From an uncultured Planctomycetales bacterium (GTDB lineage Bacteria > Omnitrophota > Gorgyraeia > Zapsychrales > Fredricksoniimonadaceae): DNA of 64,000 nt. The stretch is taken from the NCBI GenBank assembly GCA_964583975.1, contig CAZOXU010000004.1:6100-70099 (forward strand), read 5' to 3'. A program made the position numbers and the translations under genes. The notes below the pieces were generated by a model. That model had not been told where the DNA came from. It made no database searches and was given only the letters and a program-made list of their open reading frames with translations. Of this stretch, positions 54,276 to 63,201 are shown in pieces (within the stretch, counting starts at the first letter, position 1; the number at the start of each line of letters is the position of its first letter).

Positions 54276-54902
54276 TTATAACAAATAAAGGGTTGAAAAA
54301 ACAAAAATCCAAACCAAATCTACGAAATGCCAATAAAGCCCCGCAACTTCAATACGATTAATAAACCATTGTTTGTTTTCATTCCATAAGGCACTTCCCT
54401 TGGTCACATAAAAAACATTTACAATGATTCCACCAATAATATGCAGAGCATGCAAACCAGTAATTAAAAAATACAACGCAATAAAAACACTCTTACTTGG
54501 GAATTCATGATGTATAAAATGCTGATAATATTCATAGGCTTTAAACGACAAAAAAACGAGTGCAAAAACAATTGTTAACCACATGAATTTACGAAATTTA
54601 ACAATATTATCTTCTTTTAAACCTGTCCATGCCTGAATAATAAACATACTTGATGTTAAAAGTATAACGCTATTGATAGCTCCGATGGGAATGTTCAACA
54701 ATTCTGCTTGATTTGGCCATGAAAAAGAACCAACCCTAAGAAGAATATAGGCTGAAAATAAAGATCCAAACAACATAACTTCAGAAGCTAAAAATAACCA
54801 AATCCCAAACTTGGCATTATAAAGCCCTGTATCAGGACGGACTTCAACCTTATAGGGAACTAATTCATCAGTATGTGCATCGTGAGTATTCATTGAGATC
54901 AA
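54276..54902 (-). CDS. coxC: cytochrome c oxidase subunit III
   Basis: TGLHALHIIGG...YWHFVDLVW signature. Confidence 0.85.
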   Translation of the reverse strand: MISMNTHDAHTDELVPYKVEVRPDTGLYNAKFGIWLFLASEVMLFGSLFSAYILLRVGSFSWPNQAELLNIPIGAINSVILLTSSMFIIQAWTGLKEDNIVKFRKFMWLTIVFALVFLSFKAYEYYQHFIHHEFPSKSVFIALYFLITGLHALHIIGGIIVNVFYVTKGSALWNENKQWFINRIEVAGLYWHFVDLVWIFVFSTLYLL

Positions 54903-56635
54903 ATTTCCTTTTGTGATTGAGGAGTATAATCTTTTGGAGCCCCTTCAACAGAGTACTCATAAGGTCCCCGGTAAACCGTAATGGGTTTTGTAAAATTTCC
55001 ATGCGGGGGAGGGTTTGGAGCATCCCATTCTAAAGTTGTTGCTTCCCAAGGATTATCCGACTTAACTTTTTCACCATTAAAAATACTGTTAAAAAAGTTA
55101 TAAATAAAAGGAATTTGAGCGATGGCCATACCCCAAGCCGCCCAAGAAATAACTACATTCCAGAAAAGAATATCATGGAAAGACACATAGGTTGCCCCCC
55201 CATCATATAATCGACGGTTCATACCCATTAATCCTTGAATCATCATAGGAAAAAATACCAAATTCATACAAATTAAAGTTGGCCAAAAATGCAAATGCCC
55301 TAACATAGAATTCATTTGTCTACCCGTAACCTTAGGATACCAATAATAAATACCAGCAAAAAGAGCAAATATAACTCCCGGAGCAACAACGTAGTGGAAA
55401 TGCCCAATAACATAATAAGTATCGTGTAAGGGAACATCTGTAGCTGCTAAACCTAATGGTAAACCAGTAAGCCCTCCGAAACCAAACATTGGTAAAAAGG
55501 CTAACGCAAACAACATCGGTAAATTAAAACGAATTGACGCACCCCAAAGGGTAATAAAAAGTGCAGTAATAATAATAACCGATGGCACTGAAACAATCAT
55601 GGTCGTTGTTTGAAAAAATGCTGTGATGCTTGTTCCCATTCCTGTCATATACGTATGGTGTGACCAAACTAAAAACGAAACAAACCCTAAGAAAATGACA
55701 GAATATTTCATCGTATCAAAACCTGTTAAAGTTTTACGAGTATTATTAACAATGACTTCCGTAACAACCCCTAAGGCAGGTAAAATAATAATGTAAACTT
55801 CTGGGTGCCCCAAAAACCAGAACAAATGCTGCCACAATAAGGCGTTTCCTCCCCCACTTACTGGAGCAACTTTACCATCAATAAATAAACCACTAGGTAA
55901 AAAGAAGCTGCTACCAAAAAGACGATCAAATAGCTGCATAAAAGCAGCTCCTTCTAAAGGAGGAAAAGCTAAAAGTAAAAGAAATGCTGTAATTAATTGA
56001 GCCCAAACAAAAAATGGCAGCCGATCAAAGGTCATACCAGGAGCTCTAAGATGAAAAATAGTGACAATAAAATTCACAGAACCTAAAAGCGAAGAAATGA
56101 TAAGACAAGCCATTCCAAAAAGCCATATAGTTTGGCCATCCTTAGCAATATCCGCTAACGGTGGATAGGCTGTCCATCCACTACTAGCAGCCCCCCCAGG
56201 TAGAAAGAAACTCAATAACATCAATACTCCACCTAAGAAAAATAGCCAATAGCTTGCCATGTTTAATCTAGGGAAAGCCATATCTTTGGCTCCAATTTGC
56301 AAAGGAACAATATAATTACCAAAGGCCGCAAACCCTAAAGGCACAACACCTAAAAACACCATGATGGTTCCATGCATGGCGCCTAACTGGTTATAAAAAT
56401 TAGGCAACATAATGCCACCTGGCATATTTTCTGCTCCAAAAATATTACCCAATATCGGCAAGGGTTGTCCTGGATAAGCCAATTGCCATCGCATGAGCAT
56501 CATTAAGCCAAAACCAAATAGAAGAAAAAATAAAGAAGTGAATCCGTACTGAAGACCTATAACTTTGTGATCTGTAGAAAAAACATACTTGCTCCAAAAT
56601 GAATCGTGGTGAGCTGAATCGTGGGAACTACTCAT
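54899..56635 (-). CDS. coxA: cytochrome c oxidase subunit I (heme-copper oxidase, A-type)
   Basis: 12 or more TM helices with conserved His ligands (WFFGHPEVY, HDTYYVIGHFHYV). Confidence 0.95.
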   Translation of the reverse strand: MSSSHDSAHHDSFWSKYVFSTDHKVIGLQYGFTSLFFLLFGFGLMMLMRWQLAYPGQPLPILGNIFGAENMPGGIMLPNFYNQLGAMHGTIMVFLGVVPLGFAAFGNYIVPLQIGAKDMAFPRLNMASYWLFFLGGVLMLLSFFLPGGAASSGWTAYPPLADIAKDGQTIWLFGMACLIISSLLGSVNFIVTIFHLRAPGMTFDRLPFFVWAQLITAFLLLLAFPPLEGAAFMQLFDRLFGSSFFLPSGLFIDGKVAPVSGGGNALLWQHLFWFLGHPEVYIIILPALGVVTEVIVNNTRKTLTGFDTMKYSVIFLGFVSFLVWSHHTYMTGMGTSITAFFQTTTMIVSVPSVIIITALFITLWGASIRFNLPMLFALAFLPMFGFGGLTGLPLGLAATDVPLHDTYYVIGHFHYVVAPGVIFALFAGIYYWYPKVTGRQMNSMLGHLHFWPTLICMNLVFFPMMIQGLMGMNRRLYDGGATYVSFHDILFWNVVISWAAWGMAIAQIPFIYNFFNSIFNGEKVKSDNPWEATTLEWDAPNPPPHGNFTKPITVYRGPYEYSVEGAPKDYTPQSQKEI

Positions 56636-56735
56636 GAAATATCTTCTCCAAAAATCTTAAAATTTAATTTGATGTTTAAACTATAACAAAAAAAAATTAA
56701 AACACGAATAGTTTTATGACTTTTTTTCTAAAGGT

Positions 56736-56897
56736 CTAATTAGCAACTGCTTTGGCTCTTTTACGAATACTTAAAAACAACATAGTAAAGGAACCTAAAA
56801 CAAGCACGGTTACGCCTAACAATGCTAAAACAGCATAATTAAAACCTTGTGTTAAAGGCGAGGATGGATCACCAAAACAGACAGAACAAAAAACCAT
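56736..56897 (-). CDS. 53-aa single-TM ORF (MVFCSVCFGDPSSPLTQGFNYAVLALLGVTVLVLGSFTMLFLSIRKRAKAVAN), not in the ORF track
   Basis: Hand translation. The start codon overlaps the stop of the upstream small ORF (TAAAATG). It lies immediately upstream of the coxA promoter region. Confidence 0.3.
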   Translation of the reverse strand: MVFCSVCFGDPSSPLTQGFNYAVLALLGVTVLVLGSFTMLFLSIRKRAKAVAN

Positions 56898-56898
56898 T

Positions 56899-57075
56899 TT
56901 ACAAGGTCCTTATTTTTCTAATAAATTGAACACAATAAATAGTTAAGCCGGCTGCTGTTGCAAAAGAAACATAGGCCCAAATATCGTAATGATGCTTCAT
57001 GGTCCACAAACCAAACAGTATAGAAAGAATAATTGAAACTAAAATAAGAACAACATGAATATGCTTAACACCCAT
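56899..57075 (-). CDS. 58-aa two-TM ORF (MGVKHIHVVLILVSIILSILFGLWTMKHHYDIWAYVSFATAAGLTIYCVQFIRKIRTL), not in the ORF track
   Basis: Hand translation. It is tightly coupled to the downstream 53-aa ORF and starts 33 nt downstream of the cupredoxin stop. Confidence 0.3.
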   Translation of the reverse strand: MGVKHIHVVLILVSIILSILFGLWTMKHHYDIWAYVSFATAAGLTIYCVQFIRKIRTL

Positions 57076-57107
57076 AGGACCTCTTTCCTTTTTTCTAAAT
57101 TGTAACT

Positions 57108-57818
57108 TTATTTAGGAGCCACAAAAGTAAAACCTATCTTTTCATTAACTCCATCAACAACATTGACCTTAATTGTTTGAACACCTAGTTTTTCGTGCCA
57201 AGCTTCAATCTCGTACGTACCAGCAGGAAGATTCTTAATTTCAAACTGGCCGTCCATCTTAGTAACTGCAAAAAATGGATGCTCTAGCACAGCCATCCAT
57301 GCCAACATCCACGGATGAACATCACATCGAATCGCAAACATAGATTCAGGTCTATCAAAAACTTTTATCATCTCTGTTCTAAAATGAGGCATCGCTTCAT
57401 TAAATTCACGATTAATTTTACTCTGAGCATGGACATTATGGAGCGTACCATCAGGATTAAGAACCTTGACCTTCTGCCCTGCTCTTACAACCATCACATG
57501 AGGAAAGTAGTTACAGCCTTTTTGGTCCAAGACAGCCATCTCTGTTGGCACAGGATATTTCTTGGCAGAATCAATATTCTTAACATGAACAAAAACATTG
57601 CCCAATGTACCGCCTTCTCCCAACACAAAACTTTGGGTATAAGCGAATTCTTTTCGTTTGGCTAAACAAATCGTATCAGCATCCATCCTTATTATTCTGG
57701 CTCGAGGCGCCTTGCCCTCAAATGTAACTATTCCTGAAACGGAACCATCAGCATACGCATCATTAACAGTTAAAATTAAAAAAATCAAAAACAAATTTAA
57801 AACACAACCACGATTCAT
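57108..57818 (-). CDS. secreted pseudoazurin-like type-1 copper protein (cupredoxin) with N- and C-terminal extensions
   Basis: Signal peptide. GTLHNVHAQSKINREFNEAM resembles pseudoazurin DKGHNVE...SKINENY. CDVHPWM fits the Cys-x2-His-x2-Met copper-ligand loop, as in amicyanin CTPHPFM. Confidence 0.6.
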   Translation of the reverse strand: MNRGCVLNLFLIFLILTVNDAYADGSVSGIVTFEGKAPRARIIRMDADTICLAKRKEFAYTQSFVLGEGGTLGNVFVHVKNIDSAKKYPVPTEMAVLDQKGCNYFPHVMVVRAGQKVKVLNPDGTLHNVHAQSKINREFNEAMPHFRTEMIKVFDRPESMFAIRCDVHPWMLAWMAVLEHPFFAVTKMDGQFEIKNLPAGTYEIEAWHEKLGVQTIKVNVVDGVNEKIGFTFVAPK

Positions 57819-57842
57819 ATACGATGTCCTTTCAAAAAAATA

Positions 57843-58643
57843 TCAAGACTGATTGGGCTTAATATATCGATCAGTAACATCAATGGCTGAAATATTCTTA
57901 TTCCTTTGGGCCCAACGCATAGGAAAAAATTGCCTAGTTTTTTTAAAACTCACAGCAAAAATATGATCATTTTTAGGATTGATCTCAGATGCTTTTTTAG
58001 TAAACCAAGTTTGATTTAATTCCGTTGGCTCTGCGGCTCCTATATACTTCCACTCTCCATCCCAAATCTCAACCCAGGTATGATTACCACTACCATCTGG
58101 CCACATGGGTATACCAACCAAACGTGCTGGAATAGCGACTGAACGCAAAGCATCAATTAAAAGAATAGATAATCCCGTACAGGAGGCATAGTGAACCTTC
58201 ATTGATTCCGAAGGTGACTGATTTGCCTTTGGACGCTTTTCTGAATTGTAACTAACTTTTAGTTCTTCAAAAACAATCTTATTTAATTTTTTAACGGCTT
58301 CCGAAATACTCGAACTATCTTTTGCAACCTGGATAAAACGTTTATAAAAATCTCCCCGCCAAAACTCTCTTGTTTCATCAACATTGGCATATGGCAACAC
58401 ATCATTAAGAAAAATATCCTTTGGAATTTGATCACCCCAAACAATTTGTTCTTTTGCTTGATAAGCCAACTGAATATTTTCTAAAAGAAAATTATCCGAT
58501 AAATTTCTTAAATCTTTGGCTGACATATTAGCTTTTAAAAAAGCCATCGCTTCTTGTTGATTTTGAAAGGCGCTACTATAAGCATTAAATGAAAAAATAA
58601 GAAAAAAGAATAAAAAAGCAGCAACAAACTTAAACTTCGTCAT
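57843..58643 (-). CDS. secreted transglutaminase-like cysteine-protease-fold protein
   Basis: Signal peptide. Cys (HYASCTGLS), His (GNHTWVE) and Asp (EIWDGEW) form a transglutaminase-core triad. Confidence 0.7.
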   Translation of the reverse strand: MTKFKFVAAFLFFFLIFSFNAYSSAFQNQQEAMAFLKANMSAKDLRNLSDNFLLENIQLAYQAKEQIVWGDQIPKDIFLNDVLPYANVDETREFWRGDFYKRFIQVAKDSSSISEAVKKLNKIVFEELKVSYNSEKRPKANQSPSESMKVHYASCTGLSILLIDALRSVAIPARLVGIPMWPDGSGNHTWVEIWDGEWKYIGAAEPTELNQTWFTKKASEINPKNDHIFAVSFKKTRQFFPMRWAQRNKNISAIDVTDRYIKPNQS

Positions 58644-60582
58644 ATTTTCCCTTTAACGAAGCAATGATACTAGGATCAGCCAAGGTGGTCACATCACCCA
58701 AGGCCCGCCCTTCTGCAATATCTTTTAACAACCTACGCATAATCTTTCCCGAGCGGGTTTTAGGAACATCCGCTGTAAAAATAATCTGTTTAGGCTTAGC
58801 CAGAGCACCAATCTTCTGAGATACATGCTCTTTGAGAATTTCCTGAGCCTCGGTAGTAGCTTTATTGCCTTCCTTTAAGATAACAAATGCCACAATAGCC
58901 TGCCCTTTGATATCGTCCTTAACTCCCACAACAGCAGACTCGGCTACCATATGATGATCAATTAAGGCGCTTTCAACTTCTGCAGTTGAAATGTTATGCC
59001 CTGCCACCAACATAATGTCATCAACGCGACCTAAAAACCAAAAATAACCGTCCTTGTCACGCTTGGTCCCATCGCCTGCAAAGTAATTTTTTCCCTGCCA
59101 CTTACTCCAATAAGTTTGTTTATAGCGTTCGGGGTCCCCCCAAATGCCACGCAACATCGATGGCCATGGAGAAGTAATTCCCAAAAAGCCACCGCCTTCT
59201 TTAATAATCTGCCCTTCTTCATTTAAAATCTCAGCATCAATGCCTGGTAAAGGCTTGGTCGCCGAGCCAGGTTTCATGGTCGTAATTCCTGGCAGAGAGG
59301 TGATCATGATCGCGCCTGTCTCAGTCTGCCACCAGGTATCCACAATAGGACAACGTTGTTGACCAATGGTTTCATAATACCAAATCCAGGCTTCAGGATT
59401 AATCGGCTCACCTACGCTTCCTAACAGACGCAAAGATGATAGGTCGCAACTTCTAGGAAATTGCTCTCCCCATTTCATAAAGGCACGAATAGCCGTTGGT
59501 GCCGTATAAAAAATAGTGACCTTGTACTTTTCAATGATCTTCCAGAAACGATTACGTTCAGGAAAATCTGGTGCCCCCTCATACATTACCTGTGTAGCTG
59601 CATTAGACATTGGCCCATAGACCATATAACTATGCCCTGTTACCCAGCCCACATCAGCCGTACACCAAAAAACATCGTTAGACTTTAAATCAAATACTCG
59701 CGCGGTGGTTGAATGCACACCTGTTAAATATCCACCTGTGCTGTGCACAATACCCTTAGGTTTTCCTGTTGTTCCAGAAGTATAAAGAATAAAAAGAAGA
59801 TCTTCAGAGTCCATCGACTCTGGCTCGCAAAAGTCTTTGGCATCCTTGACCAAATCATGCCACCATTGATCCCGAGCCGCTTTCATAAGAACATTCTGAC
59901 CGGTTCGTTTAACGACAATAACATTCTTAATAGTAGGCGTCTCTTCTAAAGACTTATCCGCAGTCACTTTCAACTCAACCACAGCACCTCGGCGATATCC
60001 ACCATCAGCTGTAATAAGAAGCTTAGCTTGAGCATCATTAATACGATCACGCAGCGCCTCGGCAGAAAAGCCACCAAAAATAACCGTATGGATAGCACCA
60101 ATACGGCTGCAAGCGAGCATGGCATAGGCTGCCTCGGGAATCATAGGTAAATAGATAGCCACCCGATCACCCTTTTTAACTCCCAGATTCTTAAAAACAT
60201 TGGCCATCTTATTGACTTGGAAGTACGCTTCTTGATAACTAATGACTTTTGTATCGCCATTTTCACCTTCCCAATAAATAGCTGTCTTATTGGCCAAGCC
60301 TGATTTCACATGACGATCTAAACAGTTGTAGCTAGCATTGATTTTGCCCCCCACAAACCATTTTGCAAATGGCCGATCCCACTCTAAAACCTTATTCCAT
60401 GGGGTAAACCAATCTAATGCCTTGGCAGAATCTTCCCAGAACTTCAGCCGATCTTGCTTAGCTGATTCATAGATCGAAACATCCTTAATGACAGCTTGTT
60501 TTTTAAAAGATTCGGAAGGTTCAAAAAGACGCGATTCATGCCAAAGATCATCAACTTCAGTTTTTTGATTATTTGCATTCAT
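58630..60582 (-). CDS. acs: acetyl-CoA synthetase (AMP-forming)
   Basis: [14 protein letters not shown]-binding motif. ACS-like N-terminus and length (650 aa). Confidence 0.95.
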   Translation of the reverse strand: MNANNQKTEVDDLWHESRLFEPSESFKKQAVIKDVSIYESAKQDRLKFWEDSAKALDWFTPWNKVLEWDRPFAKWFVGGKINASYNCLDRHVKSGLANKTAIYWEGENGDTKVISYQEAYFQVNKMANVFKNLGVKKGDRVAIYLPMIPEAAYAMLACSRIGAIHTVIFGGFSAEALRDRINDAQAKLLITADGGYRRGAVVELKVTADKSLEETPTIKNVIVVKRTGQNVLMKAARDQWWHDLVKDAKDFCEPESMDSEDLLFILYTSGTTGKPKGIVHSTGGYLTGVHSTTARVFDLKSNDVFWCTADVGWVTGHSYMVYGPMSNAATQVMYEGAPDFPERNRFWKIIEKYKVTIFYTAPTAIRAFMKWGEQFPRSCDLSSLRLLGSVGEPINPEAWIWYYETIGQQRCPIVDTWWQTETGAIMITSLPGITTMKPGSATKPLPGIDAEILNEEGQIIKEGGGFLGITSPWPSMLRGIWGDPERYKQTYWSKWQGKNYFAGDGTKRDKDGYFWFLGRVDDIMLVAGHNISTAEVESALIDHHMVAESAVVGVKDDIKGQAIVAFVILKEGNKATTEAQEILKEHVSQKIGALAKPKQIIFTADVPKTRSGKIMRRLLKDIAEGRALGDVTTLADPSIIASLKGKYDEV

Positions 60583-60587
60583 AGGCT

Positions 60588-61136
60588 TTAAGGTTTTTTA
60601 AAGTGGGCCATGACATCACGAAATTTAGAATGCCCAGCACCTTTAAGAAGTTCACAGATGATCGACTCACCAACCGTTACAATAATTCCCTCTTGGCGCA
60701 TACGTGCTAAGGTCACTTCTTTATTAAGTAATGTTCTTGAAGAAGTGTCATCAGCAGCTACAAAAACTTCAAATCCATGCTGCTTTAAATCATGAGCTGT
60801 CTGATAGATACATACGTGCGTTTCAATGCCCACCAAAATAACTTGCCGGCGATTAAGAGATTTAAGAATATAAACAAATTCTTCACAGCCCCAAGCGCTA
60901 AAAGTTTGTTTGGCAATTGGTTTAACTAGAGGAAACAGCAAATCATTAATTGATGGCGCGGTAGGTCCTAATTTCTCAGGAACTTGTTCGGTGTAAATCA
61001 TCGGAAGCTTAAATATTTCGGCCACCTTGATCATCTTTTCAAGATTTTTAAGCAAAGCTTGATGTTCATGGACAATATCAACAAATCTTTGTTGCACATC
61101 AATCACAACTAAAACAGAATCTTCAACATTTAACAT
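60588..61136 (-). CDS. isochorismatase-family cysteine hydrolase
   Basis: [12 protein letters not shown]-terminus and a VGIETHVCI catalytic Cys region. Confidence 0.75.
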   Translation of the reverse strand: MLNVEDSVLVVIDVQQRFVDIVHEHQALLKNLEKMIKVAEIFKLPMIYTEQVPEKLGPTAPSINDLLFPLVKPIAKQTFSAWGCEEFVYILKSLNRRQVILVGIETHVCIYQTAHDLKQHGFEVFVAADDTSSRTLLNKEVTLARMRQEGIIVTVGESIICELLKGAGHSKFRDVMAHFKKP

Positions 61137-61147
61137 AACAACCTCAA

Positions 61148-61663
61148 TTATTTAATATCGCTAGCTTCAATGATTCCACAGGCAATTCTTGCCCCCGCAT
61201 TACCCGTTGGCTGACTAAAATCATCTATGTTTTCATGCACAATGATCGATCTTCCTGCCACGGCATACTTTCCTTCGGTAAGACTTAAGCCTGGCAGAAA
61301 TACTTTCAAAATCCCAGTTCCATCTTCACGAATAGCTAAATTTCCCATATCTCCAGCATGAGAATGCTCATGACCATCTTTCGTCAAGAGTCCATGTTCC
61401 ACCTTATCGGGATTATAGTGGCTGCCAGCAGCTTGGCCCATTTCTTCACAAGAACCATTTTCATGGATATGAAAACCATGTAAACCAACAGGCGCATTAG
61501 CGATATAGGCACGAAGCATTAGCCCTCCGTTTTCTTCGGTGAGCAAGACATTGCCTTTAATCGTAGAATCGATCGCAGTACCTTTGATAATCACTTTAAC
61601 TTGTGAGGCCCAAGATAGAACAGGCAAAGACAAAATAATTAAGGTAAGAAATATTTCTTTCAT
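61148..61663 (-). CDS. sodC: periplasmic Cu,Zn superoxide dismutase
   Basis: Signal peptide. GFHIHENGSC and the HGLLTKDGHEHSHAGDMGN metal-ligand cluster. Confidence 0.9.
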   Translation of the reverse strand: MKEIFLTLIILSLPVLSWASQVKVIIKGTAIDSTIKGNVLLTEENGGLMLRAYIANAPVGLHGFHIHENGSCEEMGQAAGSHYNPDKVEHGLLTKDGHEHSHAGDMGNLAIREDGTGILKVFLPGLSLTEGKYAVAGRSIIVHENIDDFSQPTGNAGARIACGIIEASDIK

Positions 61664-61683
61664 AAGAATCCACTCCTTACAGG

Positions 61684-61703
61684 ACCCTGTCGGCAGGCAG
61701 GGT
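61684..61703. repeat. GC-rich hairpin ccctgtcggcaggcaggg between the xth stop and the sodC start
   Basis: Inverted repeat ccctg/caggg with an inner ggcagg. Its core is near-identical to the inner part of the 698-738 palindrome (cctgccggcgaggcagg). Confidence 0.4.
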
Positions 61704-61706
61704 AAT

Positions 61707-62468
61707 CTACTTTAACTCTATTCCCACAGGACAGTGATCTGAACCCATCACATCTTTAAGAATGAAAGCTTTTTTTAACCTGGGTAGCAAATCGGGAGTA
61801 ATAAAGAAATAATCAATTCTCCAGCCCACATCGCGTTCGCGTGCTTTAGTAAAATAATCCCACCAGGTATAATGTCCGCCTTCTTTTACGAAATGCCTGA
61901 AGGTATCAATATAACCACAATTAATAAACTTACTGACCCATTCTCTTTCTTCAGGAAGAAATCCTGTATTTTTGACATTTTCCTTAGGACGAGCTAAATC
62001 AATCTCAGTATGGGCTGTATTAACATCACCACAAATAATAAGAGACTTGCCCTTTTTACGTAAACTTTCAGCTTTCTTAAGAAAGGCATCATAAAAACCC
62101 ATTTTAAACGGCACTCTTTTATTACCCTGACCACCGTTAGGATAATAAATATTAAACAAAATAAAATCCCCATAATCAGCTATCAAGGTGCGTCCCTCTG
62201 AATCAAATTCTTTTACACCTATACCTTCTTCTACTGATTTGGGTTGTTTCTTAGTGTAAATGGCAACACCACTGTAACCTTTCTTTTCAGCTGATGACCA
62301 AAAAGATTTATACCCTTCAGGTTGCAAAATTTTCTCAATTAATTGGTCGGGATGGGCTTTGGTCTCTTGAAGACATAGGACATCAGGGGATTCTTGTTCC
62401 ATCCACTGAAAAAAACCTTTTTTCTCAATGGCACGGATGCCATTCACATTAAAGGAAATTAATTTCAT
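61707..62468 (-). CDS. xth: exodeoxyribonuclease III (AP endonuclease)
   Basis: MKLISFNVNGIRA N-terminus and an SDHCPV C-terminal motif. Confidence 0.9.
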   Translation of the reverse strand: MKLISFNVNGIRAIEKKGFFQWMEQESPDVLCLQETKAHPDQLIEKILQPEGYKSFWSSAEKKGYSGVAIYTKKQPKSVEEGIGVKEFDSEGRTLIADYGDFILFNIYYPNGGQGNKRVPFKMGFYDAFLKKAESLRKKGKSLIICGDVNTAHTEIDLARPKENVKNTGFLPEEREWVSKFINCGYIDTFRHFVKEGGHYTWWDYFTKARERDVGWRIDYFFITPDLLPRLKKAFILKDVMGSDHCPVGIELK

Positions 62469-63067
62469 TTTTTAATTTCTGCAGGAAAAATAATGCCCAT
62501 AGAAACCATGGCCTTGAGGGTCTCTTCCACTGACCAGCCCGGGTCCCTGGTTTCTTCGGGTTTTACTAATATAAGATAACCCAACAAAGGATTGTGAGTT
62601 GCTGGAATTAAAATTCTTAAGAGATCTTCTCCAGTAACTTGATCTCTAACAGAACCTGTTAAAAGACCTACCACCCATCCATTTTGTTGAATACTTTTAA
62701 CCAAAAGAACTTTTTGAAAAGCTTGCTTATCAGAAGCCGTAGAAACTCCTTCTGAAAACTGTTTACCTAACTCATAAACAAATTTAATGATAGGGATTTG
62801 CTTAGTTATCTGTTCAAGGAAATGTAGGACCTGGCGACCTATTACATTACTGAAAATTAAACCAATAAGATATAAAAATACAAATAATAAAAGAATGCCT
62901 AAACCCGGAAAGTGGCGAACTTCAATAAATTGCCCTAAAAAGCTTAAAATTTTTCGATCAATAAGCTTATATAACAAAGCAACTGCTAAAAAAGACAATA
63001 AAAGAGGAATGATGGCTAGCAAGCCACGAAAGATATAAATTCTGATATGTTTTAAGATTTCTTTCAT
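62465..63067 (-). CDS. DUF502-family membrane protein
   Basis: 2 N-terminal TM helices with a PGLG motif and a DUF502-like C-terminal domain. Confidence 0.55.
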   Translation of the reverse strand: MKEILKHIRIYIFRGLLAIIPLLLSFLAVALLYKLIDRKILSFLGQFIEVRHFPGLGILLLFVFLYLIGLIFSNVIGRQVLHFLEQITKQIPIIKFVYELGKQFSEGVSTASDKQAFQKVLLVKSIQQNGWVVGLLTGSVRDQVTGEDLLRILIPATHNPLLGYLILVKPEETRDPGWSVEETLKAMVSMGIIFPAEIKK

Positions 63068-63121
63068 GTGGATGGTTATATTATCATCAAAAAATTTCTT
63101 TGCACATTAAAATCTTTAATA

Positions 63122-63152
63122 TTGACATTCCCTCGATCGACATTAATATAAT
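63122..63152 (+). promoter_or_regulatory. candidate sigma70-type promoter (TTGACA, 19-nt spacer, TATAAT) for the plus-strand reductase gene, in a divergent spacer
   Basis: Hexamers seen directly, 50 nt upstream of the ATG at 63202. The spacer is 2 nt longer than optimal. Confidence 0.3.
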
Positions 63153-63201
63153 TTCTTATCTGTAATACCTATTCTTTAACATCTTACTTGGAAAAAGAAC
63201 A

